Part shown: positions 34,945 through 45,929 of the stretch, piece after piece
How the letters are laid out: the number at the start of each line of letters is the position of its first letter
How positions within the stretch are numbered: position 1 is the stretch's first letter
Assembly: GCA_051530055.1 (NCBI GenBank)
Contig: CM121342.1
Coordinates: 4,773,489 to 4,837,488 of the forward strand
DNA: 64,000 nt
Source: Neoechinorhynchus agilis
Lineage: Eukaryota; Animalia; Acanthocephala
Direction: 5' to 3'
Position numbers and translations under genes: made by a program
The notes under the pieces: generated by a model
The model's input: only the letters and a program-made list of their open reading frames with translations
What the model was told of the DNA's origin: nothing
The model's database searches: none

Positions 34945-36360
34945 TCGTTCAAAATGTGCTCGATCGCTAGTTCAAATCCTCTGGTCGCTGGGTTCCACGG
35001 GGGAGTTGCGAGGCTGCTAGAAGGGTAGGAATCAGGCTTTAGATCGCTCAAAGGCCCTTTGAGTGCGGCTGAGCACCTTCGAAACCAGTGAGTTAGCCAA
35101 GAAGCTCCCAAAGACATGCCGTAAGGATATGAGTTTATGCGATTTAAGATAAATCAGGAATAAAGGAAGCAAAGGCACAAGCGCGTTCAAAATGCGCTCG
35201 ATCGCTAGTTCAAATCCACTGGTCGCTGGGTTCCACGGGGGGGTTACGAGGCTGCTGGAAGGGTAGGGATCAGGCCTGAGATCGCCCAAAGGCCCTTTGA
35301 GTGCGGCTGAGCACCTGAATACAGTGAGTTAGCCAAGAAGCTCCCAAAGACATGCCGTAGGATATGAGTTTATGCGATTTAAGATAAATCAGGAATAAAG
35401 GAAGCAAAGGCACAAGCGCGTTCAAAATGCGCTCGATCGCTAGTTCAAATCCACTGGTCGCTGGGTTCCACGGGGGACGAGGCTGCTGGAAGGGTAGGGA
35501 TCAGGTTTGAGATCGCCCAAAGGCCCTTTGAGTGCGGCTGAGCACCTTCGAATACAGTGAGTTAGCCAAGAAGCTCCCAAAGACATGCCGTAAGGATATG
35601 AGTTTATGCGATTTAAGATAAATCAGGAATAAAGGAAGCAAAGGCACAAGCGCGTTCAAAATGCGCTCGATCGCTAGTTCAAATCCACTGGTCGCTGGGT
35701 TCCACGGGGGGGTTACGAGGCTGCTGGAAGGGTAGGGATCAGGTTTGAGATCGCCCAAAGGCCCTTTGAGTGCGGCTGAGCACCTTCGAAACCAGTGAGT
35801 TAGCCAAGAAGCTCCCAAAGACATGCCGTAAGGATATGAGTTTATGCGATTTAAGATAAATCAGGAATAAAGGAAGCAAAGCGTAAGGTTCGAAATGGTG
35901 CTGGGTTCGAGGCTGCTGGGGTAGGGATCGGTGGGGTTGGGGTGGTTTGGGTGGTTGGTTGTAAGGCACAAGCGCGTTCAAAATGCGCTCGATCGCTAGT
36001 TCAAATCCACTGGTCGCTGGGTTCCACGGGGGGGTTACGAGGCTGCTGGAAGGGTAGGGATCAGGTCTGAGATCGCCCAAAGGCCCTTTGAGTGCGGCTG
36101 AGCGCTTCCGAATACAGTGAGTTAGCCAAGAAGCTCCCAAAGACATGCCGTAAGGATATGAGTTTATGCGATTTAAGATAAATCAGGAATAAAGGAAGCA
36201 AAGGCACAAGCGCGTTCAAAATGCGCTCGATCGCTAGTTCAAATCCACTGGTCGCTGGGTTCCACAAGGGAGTTGCGAGGCTGCTAGAAGGGTAGGAATC
36301 AGGTTTGAGATCGCCTATCGACCCCAGATCCCTATGAGTGCGGCTGAGCGCCTCCGAAGT
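34945..36360. repeat. Tandem array, ~238-bp unit x ~6, one copy with an 84-nt internal partial duplication
   Basis: GGCACAAGCGCGTTCAAAATG at 35174, 35409, 35643, 35965, 36203. Confidence 0.93.
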
Positions 36361-37105
36361 GTGTTAGCCGAGAGGCTCCCGAAAAGATATGTAGCCGAGG
36401 GGCTCTGTTGCAATATTAATCAAATAGTAATGTAAATCAATACGGAAAATAGTATTTAAAATGTCAAAATGGTAACGTTAAAACGGTGTGAGACAAAAGG
36501 AGAGCAATTGGTTGAAATTCTAATTTCAATTAAGTAATGAAATCTTTTTTTGAACTGTAAAAATAAAGCCAGCACTAAAATGAAATGGATTACAAGTATG
36601 TAATTGTGATATTTTTGATCGGATTGCCTTTAAACAAATATGCGATCACATCGATTTCCAGCCATCGCGATGTCATACGGATTATTTCCCAGCAAATTTA
36701 GTCGTCGCTCGAATACTTCAGTTGAAGTCAAACGATATTTTCTTCGTCGATCCATTTACCCAGCGAACTTGCCAAGTCAAGGTCAAGATATAAAAACGCT
36801 CTTAGCCTGTCAAAGCTATCGAGAACAGTAATGACTTTGATGGAATGCCAAGTTTGACTATTTTATTACATTTAACGAAATTAGCATAATTTTTGAAGGA
36901 TCTTATAATAGCGAAAAAAGTAAATGATCGAGTGGCAGCATATAATGGAAGTGGAGAAAGATTAAAATCCCACCTTTGCCCTAACGTTTTATTCGGATGG
37001 ATTCCTAAATTTGAAATCGAACTAAAATACCATTTAAATAGATTTTTGTTATAAGCTCGAATTTGTTTTAGAAAATAGATTTAATCTTGATCCTGCCAAA
37101 ATCAC

Positions 37106-37259
37106 TTATTTACACGTCTGTTCCAATTGACCAAATATTGAGCTGTTAAAGATGGTCAATTCGCCAAAAACTTGTCTAGGAACCATTTTCTGCGTCAAAA
37201 ATAGTGACAAAAATGTATTTTCCTCGAGAAGATTTTAATACAATGTGTAGTTTTCGATC
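37106..37259 (-). other. Possible exon with cNMP-binding-like motif
   Basis: LHIVLKSSRG...MVPRQVFGELTIF resembles the FGE motif; no other exons assigned. Confidence 0.2.
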
Positions 37260-37958
37260 AAAAACACAGGACTTAATATCTTTTCAAAGAGCTCAAGTCA
37301 TATGCGGCGTATAATGAGCACATTATCGTAATGGAAATTTTCATATTATATCAAATGATTTATCAGAGACGTTTGGAATTCAACCAAAGGATTAGGAATT
37401 GCTGTAATTTTTGTTAAAATTTACAAGACCATATCGTGTAAAAATAGGTCTAAAAATTAAAAAGACAGTTCATTCAAATTCATTATGCTAATTTTTTGGC
37501 GGAGAGGTTAAGCATTCTGTCAATAACATGTCAGCACTTCATTACTAATTCAGGACAACAACAGAATATAACAACCTCGTAGCAAGATTTCAAGCACCAA
37601 TGCCTTCCCAAAATGTGCCAGCGAACGCTCCACCACTGCTAGAAACCCCAAAAACGACATAATTTTATATTGAACTGGTAATCTAAATTCCGATCATCAA
37701 AAATCTTTCGATTCCTTTTAATGCTTTTAAGTTCGGTTACAGCGGACAAGGCTCTAGATACTCGGGGTTTTTTTATTAGTAAGTTTCGAAACTATTTCGT
37801 TATTCACAACTTTCTTTGGTTTAGTGCTCCTTTATACTCCGTTATTCGTTTGCTTCCATTTTTGTAGCCCCAGTGCGCAAAAAAAGAAGCGATTACCATT
37901 ATGTCAGTACCGAGACAATAGTATATAAATAGTTTAAAATGGTAGACGGGGCATTGTT

Positions 37959-38539
37959 GATTTAGGCAAATGTATTTAGAATGCATTTTTAGGTTCTTGT
38001 GACTCTTTCAAAATTTTATGTTTGCGTTTGAAGCCACTTTGATTTGGGTTTTTTGGTTCAAACGTTTCCTAAAAAGAGGTCAAAGGACCCAAACTATTTA
38101 AAATTCAACCGAGATGCGATTGAGTCGTCTTTAAACAATCCACAAATGACTGAAGATTTAGGCAAATGTATTTAGAATGCATTTTTAGGTTCTTGTGACT
38201 CTTTCAAAATTTTATGTTTGCGTTTGAAGCCACTTTGATTTGGGTTTTTTGGTTCAAACGTTTCAAAAAGAGGTCAAAGGACCCAAACTATTTAAAATTC
38301 AACCGAGATGCGATTGAGTCGTCTTTAAACAATCCACAAATGACTGAAGATTTAGGCAAATGTATTTAGCATTTTTAGGTTCTTGTGACTTTTCAAAATT
38401 TTATGTTTGCGTTTGAAGCCACTTTGATTTGGGTTTTTTGGTTCAAACGTTTCCTAAAAAGAGGTCAAAGGACCCAAACTATTTAAAATTCAACCGAGAT
38501 GCGATTGAGTCGTCTTTAAACAATCCACAAATGACTGAA
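37959..38539. repeat. Tandem array, ~195-bp unit x3, ending ~26 nt before NCS ATG
   Basis: GATTTAGGCAAATGTATTTAG at 37959, 38155, 38349. Confidence 0.93.
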
Positions 38540-38564
38540 TATCAAACACTTCGTTTTCAAGAAG

Positions 38565-39354
38565 ATGGGATGTAGAAAAAGCAAGTACCGCATCCCTGAA
38601 GGTGAACTCCGCTTTCTACTTGAAAACACATCATTCAGTAAACAGCAAATAGAAGAGTGGTTCAATGGATTCATGGTTTGCTCACCTCTTTTTCCCCAAA
38701 AATATAACCCTAATTTCAAATTTTAGAAGGACTGTCCATCGGGTGAACTCACGCAAAAGAAGTTTCATAAAGTATACAAGGAACTGTTTCCTTCTGGAAA
38801 CGCTGAAAAGTTCTGCGAACATATATTCCGGACGTTCGATGTGGACGGAAGTGGAAAAATCGAATTTAGGTTTGTGGACTCGGGTTTACTTGTTTTCATT
38901 TAACCTCTTAATTGTTTTTTCTTCTTGTAGCAATGAATTTCCGTTAATTTTTGCTAAATATAAAATTCAGTTTGAACGTTCATTGTCTAAAGAAAGCGAA
39001 AAACTTTAATTTCGATGAGTAGATTTGAAATAACTTAGGGAATTTCTGATGGCAATAAACACAACATCCAAAAGCAGTCCAAAGAAGAAGTTAAGATGGG
39101 CATTTAAGATGTACGACATAGACGGCAATGGATATATTGACAAGAGTGAGATGCGTAAAATTATTCAATCGATATGTGATTTGACGGGAGCAAGTTCATC
39201 AAACGAAGAAGAGTTGAATTTGCGAACTGAGAAGATATTTGAGTCCTTCGATACGAACAAAAATGGTGTTATAACAGAAGATGAATTTATTACGGGATGT
39301 ACGGATGATCAATTGGTCTACAACATTTTAGTTGACCAAACATGTGAAATATAA
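38565..39354 (+). CDS. Neuronal calcium sensor (recoverin/neurocalcin family), 3 exons 38565-38675, 38727-38869, 39039-39354
   Basis: MGCRKSK myristoylation start, [38 protein letters not shown]-hands; two clean GT-AG introns. Confidence 0.93.
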
Positions 39355-39378
39355 ATGCAATTTTGTTGAAGATTCGCG

Positions 39379-39815
39379 TTATTGTCGAATTCTATGCTGA
39401 GCTGCCACATCAATAACGGTTGCATCTACTAATTTAAGCACGAGATCAGAGACTTCAGGTAGGATTGCATCGGCTTCCTCTTGAATAAGTCTCTTCAATG
39501 TCATTATCCTATCGAGAATAAGACTGCATTTTTCTTGTAAATAGTTTGAGGACTCTAAAGCGGTGCAATTGTTCGAACACCCGACGAAAAACAATTGATC
39601 CGGCATCGTAGACTTGTACTGTTCAAAAACAGTTCATTAAGCATGAGATCGACTCCTTGTCGATAAAGACTCAATGCAATATTGTACCGTTTCAACTCGT
39701 CGTGATAAACGGCTTCTGCTATAAAAGCGGACATCATATACGCCTCGATATCGGCCGATTGCTGATCAGCCTCCTTAGCCGATTGGTGAACTTCATTTTC
39801 AGTCATCGATTCCAT
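39379..39815 (-). CDS. Small MIT-domain protein, 2 exons (intron 39619-39555)
   Basis: AVYHDELKRYNIALSLYRQGVDLML...YLQEKCSLILDRIMTLK resembles the SNX15/RPS6KC1-type MIT domain; 65-nt GT-AG intron restores frame. Confidence 0.65.
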
Positions 39816-39890
39816 TTGTCTAGAATGATTTCACGCGGTGGCCAACAACCGTAAAATACACGAACAACGAATTAAACTTCGTTTTTGTTT

Positions 39891-40085
39891 GTCTCAAAAA
39901 AAAATTGAATTGTTCACAATGTTTGAAGCAGAGAAGTGAAAAATTGAACGAATTTGTTCCGAGCTTCTAATAAAATCATGTAACTTTTTCGCAGTCAAAA
40001 TAATAAATTACCTCTATATACAAACATTGTGAACAATTCAAAATTTTCAACTTTATTATTTAAAAAATTGAACACTTTTTGAGAC
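39891..40085. repeat. Degenerate fold-back element
   Basis: TTGAATTGTTCACAATGTTTG (39905) / CAAACATTGTGAACAATTCAA (40021) perfect 21-bp IR plus outer GTCTCAAAAA / TTTTTGAGAC. Confidence 0.7.
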
Positions 40086-40616
40086 ATAGAAAAGCTAAAA
40101 AAAGGAAATGAAAGTGGAAGACCGAAACTGAGATGCTGATTGGTCCAAGTTGTCCTTTTCTCCCCTCAAGATCTTATTGGTTCTTTCTGCTTTCCATAAT
40201 TCATTGGATCCTTCGCTGCACCATTTGGTAAAAATCCTTTAAAAATCATGGGATCTCCAAGGGCCCAATTCGAATCCGCTTCGGCGTTATGAGTTTCCAA
40301 TGGGTTCAATCGTCCACTTTAATTGAAGTCAAATTTAAGCAACTTTTCCTATTTTAGATGGATTAGACAAACATAAAGTCTACGAAGCTTTTAATTTTAA
40401 AAAGTTCCAATATATCGGGGGGATCATGTTGATTTCAGCGACTCAGTTAATTTTTTCATGGAGGCGAAATAAAGGAAAATGATTTTTATTTCGCCTTGGC
40501 CAAAAACAATTTGCGATCTAGAGTGGAATCGGCAAGGCCGAATCTAAGATTCGAAGAGTTTCGTCGCTTAAGTTGGTCTTTTATTGACTGTGGCAAGTCC
40601 ACGATGAATTCTCCTT

Positions 40617-42089
40617 GTTTATTTGAGGTGTTTAGAATAGTCCGGGTTTAGCCGACTAGAAGAAGAGTGTTTTTCTCTGGGTCCTGCTTCTTAGGAACTT
40701 CAGAGGAACAAAAGAACTTTCTAAAATATAGAGATATGACCGCAATTTTCAACTTCGATTTCTTTGGAACGAATACTTGGCACTGAAACTCGTGGGAAGG
40801 TTTAGAAGGACTCTTACAAGACGGCATTCAACCAGAATATTGCAATTCAGCACGGAAATCGAGAGTATTTTCTCTACTCATTACAAAGCACCTTTGTTTA
40901 CCTTCATCTTTGTTTATTTGAGGTGTTTAGAATAGTCCGGGTTTAGCCGACTAGAAGAAGAGTGTTTTTCTCTGGGTCCTGCTTCTTAGGAACTTCAGAG
41001 GAACAAAAGAACTTTCTAAAATATAGAGATATGACCGCAATTTTCAACTTCGATTTCTTTGGAACGAATACTTGGCACTGAAACTCGTGGGAAGGTTTAG
41101 AAGGACTCTTACAAGACGGCATTCAACCAGAATATTGCAATTCAGCACGGAAATCGAGAGTATTTTCTCTACTCATTACAAAGCACCTTTGTTTACCTTC
41201 ATCTTTGTTTATTTGAGGTGTTTAGAATAGTCCGGGTTTAGCCGACTAGAAGAAGAGTGTTTTTCTCTGGGTCCTGCTTCTAGGAACTTCAGAGGAACAA
41301 AAGAACTTTCTAAAATATAGAGATATGACCGCAATTTTCAACTTCGATTTCTTTGGAACGAATACTTGGCACTGAAACTCGTGGGGAGGTTTAGAAGGAC
41401 TCTTACAAGACGGCATTCCACCAGAATATTGCAATTCAGCACGGAAATCGAGAGTATTTTCTCTACTCATTACAAAGCACCTTTGTTTACCTTCATCTTT
41501 GTTTATTTGAGGTGTTTAGAATAGTCCGGGTTTAGCCGACTAGAAGAAGAGTGTTTTTCTCTGGGTCCTGCTTCTTAGGAACTTCAGAGGAACAAAAGAA
41601 CTTTCTAAAATATAGAGATATGACCGCAATTTTCAACTTCGATTTCTTTGGAACGAATACTTGGCACTGAAACTCGTGGGGAGGTTTAGAAGGACTCTTA
41701 CAAGACGGCATTCAACCAGAATATTGCAATTCAGCACGGAAATCGAGAGTATTTTCTCTACTCATTACAAAGCACCTTTGTTTACCTTCATCTTTGTTTA
41801 TTTGAGGTGTTTAGAATAGTCCGGGTTTAGCCGACTAGAAGAAGAGTGTTTTTCTCTGGGTCCTGCTTCTTAGGAACTTCAGAGGAACAAAAGAACTTTC
41901 TAAAATATAGAGATATGACCGCAATTTTCAACTTCGATTTCTTTGGAACGAATACTTGGCACTGAAACTCGTGGGAAGGTTTAGAAGGACTCTTACAAGA
42001 CGGCATTCCACCAGAATATTGCAATCCAGCACGGAAATCGAGAGTATTTTCTCTACTCATTACAAAGCACCTTTGTTTACCTTCATCTT
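40617..42089. repeat. Tandem array, ~295-bp unit x5, near-identical copies
   Basis: ATTTGAGGTGTTTAGAATAG at 40621, 40916, 41211, 41505, 41800. Confidence 0.96.
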
Positions 42090-44210
42090 CCCTAATTTTT
42101 ATGCTAAAGATTTCAACAAATTCCTTGTTAATAAGCAAAAGAACCAAAGTAAAAAATTACTGACGAATTTCGCCGAACCAAAGTATTTTTGAAACTCCGT
42201 TGATCTACGCTTGTTGAATCTTGTGGCTATACCGCTTTGTCCTATTATGCAAACGGAGAATAAAGAAATGTTTGCAAGCGAACACTAAACAAAAATATGG
42301 AACTTTTTCTGCAACAAGAACGTCCAGCCAATCCAGAATATGAGAACGACGGCAAAAATAAAGAATCAATGGTTATCAAAAGGAAGTGAAATCGGCTTAA
42401 TTTTATCGATATGGAAAATGTCAATAATGAAGGATGTGATTGGAGGTCGAAACAAAAAGGTCAAATTCGAAATCGGCGATCAAAACCCAAAGGAAAATAT
42501 GGGAATTTTGTCTTAACAGCACTAAAAAGAAAAATCATAGATCAAAATAAACAGCAGAAGATCGAAGCTAAAAAAACGATAAACTTTAGTTATCAAAATT
42601 CCGATCGAAGCATTAGAAGTAAAATCAGAAGCATCCGACCGAAACTTAATTTTATCGATATGGAAAATGTCAATAATGAAGGATGTCATTGGAGGTCGAA
42701 AACGACAAAAAAAGATGGATCAAATCAGCAAGCTTGTGATCGAAATTCAAAAGCACATACAAGAAATATTGGTATTGCAGAAAAACATTGGGTAAATCAG
42801 CAATTCAACGGTTGAGACTGATAAACAAACGAGCTAGGGCGAAAATGAAGAATTTCTGTAATCAAGAACGCCATGGCAATTCTATATTTAAGGTATAGTG
42901 AGTCAACAACAGCGAACAAAGGAAATTTCGGCGACGGCGAACTCCAACATAGTTTAATTTTTCTATTTAATGCTGATCAATGAATTTTTAAATCGCGATT
43001 TGGTTTTATGATCGTCAGCTGGCCAATAAAATGGGTAAATCAACATCTTTTAAAGATGGATGCTCATTAGTTATAAACTCCTAAAAAGAATATAAATTGA
43101 ACATTTTAGATCTCTAATAGAGAAATACGCGACTAACTTAAAAGGTTGTTGAACTCCTTCGAGATTATGAACACTTTAAAGCATCCAACGTCGAACAGGA
43201 CACAGAAAAGTCCATATTGGAACGTTAAATCTCCTGATAATTCAACAATGGAGATCCCGGAAATCGGCATAGCAATCAACAAGAACCGGCGCATTTGCTT
43301 TCCGTTGCTTCATCTGCAATGAAAAAGACAAAATGTGAGCAGGATGCCCAACAATTTTAGTTAAAAATAATGTTAAATGGCAACATTCACGAGTGTAATG
43401 CAGCGAGGATTTGGGATCGTTTTTTTTTAGAAAAAGAGTCTTGTACGGTGATAAAAAAAATCAGGTACACCAGAATAAAACATGTGACCGCCTACTTTCA
43501 TGGAATATCGAAATTTATGCCATACTGGAAGATGCTCTGAACTGTCTTGAAGAAAAACTACTCGAAAAAGACATTTCACGGTTTTTTCCAACTGAACCAA
43601 ATTTTAGCCGTGAAGAAAACTAAAGGATTTGTTTCGCTTACTCAGAACTTCAATCTCTTTTTAAATTCTTAATATTGAAGTATAAACCAATTATCTCTTC
43701 TTTTGTAACTTCGTTGAATCTTGTGGCTGTAGACCGCTTTGTCGTATCATGCAAACGTAATTTCAATTTTTAATCTTACATTTAGTGCTGAAGTGAACTT
43801 TTCTTTTAAATGGCTCATAATTTTCCGTAAGTTCGCTTCAACATTTCGGCTGGAAAATGTGATTGGAAAAAAGACAGTTTGGCGATGTGGGAAAACCCGT
43901 AGATTACAAATTCTGAGCAGTCTTTTAAAATGGCGACTGGAGAGCCAAGATCGACGTCGTTCTTGGCGCAGTTCCGATGAATGGGAGCGTTGATGAAACT
44001 ATAAATTATGTATGCTTTTGGTTAAAAAAGCCAGTAAATAAAAATTCGATGCTTGAACACTTGGAGAAAAGGGTGATTGAGAAAATGTTCCTTTCAAAAA
44101 AAGTTGAAATATTGTGTGTGTGTGTGTGAAAGGGAATAAATCTCTGTATTTTTCAAGACTTGAAATTTTACGATCTACCGGACGAAATTTTTTATCTAAT
44201 TAAAATGAAT

Positions 44211-45641
44211 TTAATCTATCACGATCGCAAAATTAGCCACACCTGATAATTCATCCGATCGGATGTTGACTTGAATGTTCTTGGCGTAAGCGGTGCATCT
44301 CACGTTAATGACCGTTCCACTGAGAATACTGTCCATTGATATCAAGACGAATGGTGCCACGTATCCCGGTTGATTCAGAAATGGAAAGTAACTTTAAAAC
44401 CACGCAGGTACGGAAAGATGAAGAAAATGTAACGGGAAATTCTCCAAAGTCGCCTGCGAGATTTTATAATAATAAGTAGGTATACCTCCAACGGCCTCCT
44501 CATCATTTAACAATGAATAATATTTTATCTCCTTTATGAGATCATTGTCAGGTCCATTGCGACCCGTACAATGCACGATAATGTGATTACGATGACTAGA
44601 TTTCCAAAGATGACGAATCGATAGTGGCACTTCATCCACGTTTTCATAAGCTTCTGGCTTCCAGCCATAAACTTTACCAGAATTCATCTCGATCTTTAAA
44701 GTTTTTACAAGGAGAATATCAGGAATTTTTATAGATTTTTCCTCCGGTTTAATAGTGGCGAATTTTATGTTGCTGGACTCGCCTCAAGAAAGTCGTAAAC
44801 CAATGTAAAATCATTGTGACTTTCAATATCGTTGAGCTCCAAAGTGCCAGATTTATTATCGAACGGAAAATGGGTGTTTTATTTCTTGCTTCAAATTTTC
44901 GACGCCTTGCGTCTTCGTGCTCAATAAGAGGGATGAGCTGACGAACAGCGTTGCCCTCCTCTGATTCCTTTTCAGATAACCGAAGAAAAGCTTCCTGACG
45001 AAGACGTCGAAAATTTGAAGTAATAAACAAATAAAACACCCATTTTCCGTTCGATAATAAATCTGGAATAAAACATGAGGGCGTTGGGAAAAGAGGCTTT
45101 CCATAATTTTTCTAAACTGTGAGTCAAAGACGTAGTAATAAAATTAAAAAAAAAACCAAATTCAAAAGAGATGTATTTTGACATTGAGCCGTAACATAAA
45201 ACATGCCCTTCCGTGAATGTACTCATAATTTCTAAGAGATGTACAAGGTTGATCCTTTGCAATATCAGAAAGCAAGAAAGTACATGATTTTCCCTCATGA
45301 AACATTGTATCCAATTCTTCACTATTGATTTCTCTGCAATCCAATTTCTGTTGTTGTCCTTGTGTGTATGTGTCACCATAAGGCATCAGTAGCCAATCAA
45401 ATTGTTGTTTTAATGATTCCCAATCACCTTTTTCCACGGCGTTTATCCTATAGAAGTTTGCTGTTGAGTAAGGAGCCACAATGAGTGCAGGATTGGTTAA
45501 GGGAAAGTAACGGTGAAACTGAACGATAACGATTTGTCTATCGATTATTTCAAGGAACGACCATAAAACTAAGCTTGCGATCGATAAAGCCAAAATGACG
45601 AACAATACCGTTTCAAGCAAAATCTTTTTTAATGGAAGCAT
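44211..45641 (-). CDS. ATP1B: Na+/K+-ATPase beta subunit (X,K-ATPase beta family), 3 exons
   Basis: N-terminal TM helix, SCTF...C...YEYIHGRACFMLRLN|KVYGWKP, IVHCTG, GIPTYY|FPFLNQPGYVAP, INVRCTAYAKNI. Confidence 0.88.
44847..45066. mobile_element. MITE-like fold-back inside the Na/K-beta intron
   Basis: CCAGATTTATTATCGAACGGAAAATGGGTGTTTTATTT (38 bp) perfectly inverted at 45029-45066, further pairing inward. Confidence 0.8.
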
Positions 45642-45929
45642 GTCAAGCCGGTTTCTTGCTCCTCCTCCTTAAATGGAACTTTTGTTACGCAATCTTACAC
45701 ACGTTTTGTGTATACCACAAAAATAATCTTGGGGAATTCAAGTTTTGTCATTATTTCGAAAATGGACCGATTAAAAAGACGTTCTGTGAACCTCATTGGC
45801 ATCATCTCAGTTTGTTAGCTTCGCAGAACGGCTTTTTAATGAGTTTTCGAGAGCTTTAGTTGTCCGATTCGAAGAAAAAAATCAAGTGCGTACAAAAAAA
45901 CAACAACGAAAACTGTTTTGTTTGTGGTG

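Noticed and set aside
42213-43757. ~45-nt dispersed duplicate (42213 and 43713) and a ~55-nt duplicate near 42390/42645
   Set aside because: Short local duplications without structure or coding signal
44394-44396. Stop-codon readthrough or alternative genetic code in Na/K-beta
   Set aside because: Long ORFs elsewhere use the standard code and end at TAA/TAG/TGA; readthrough would leave a 27-aa insertion in a conserved motif
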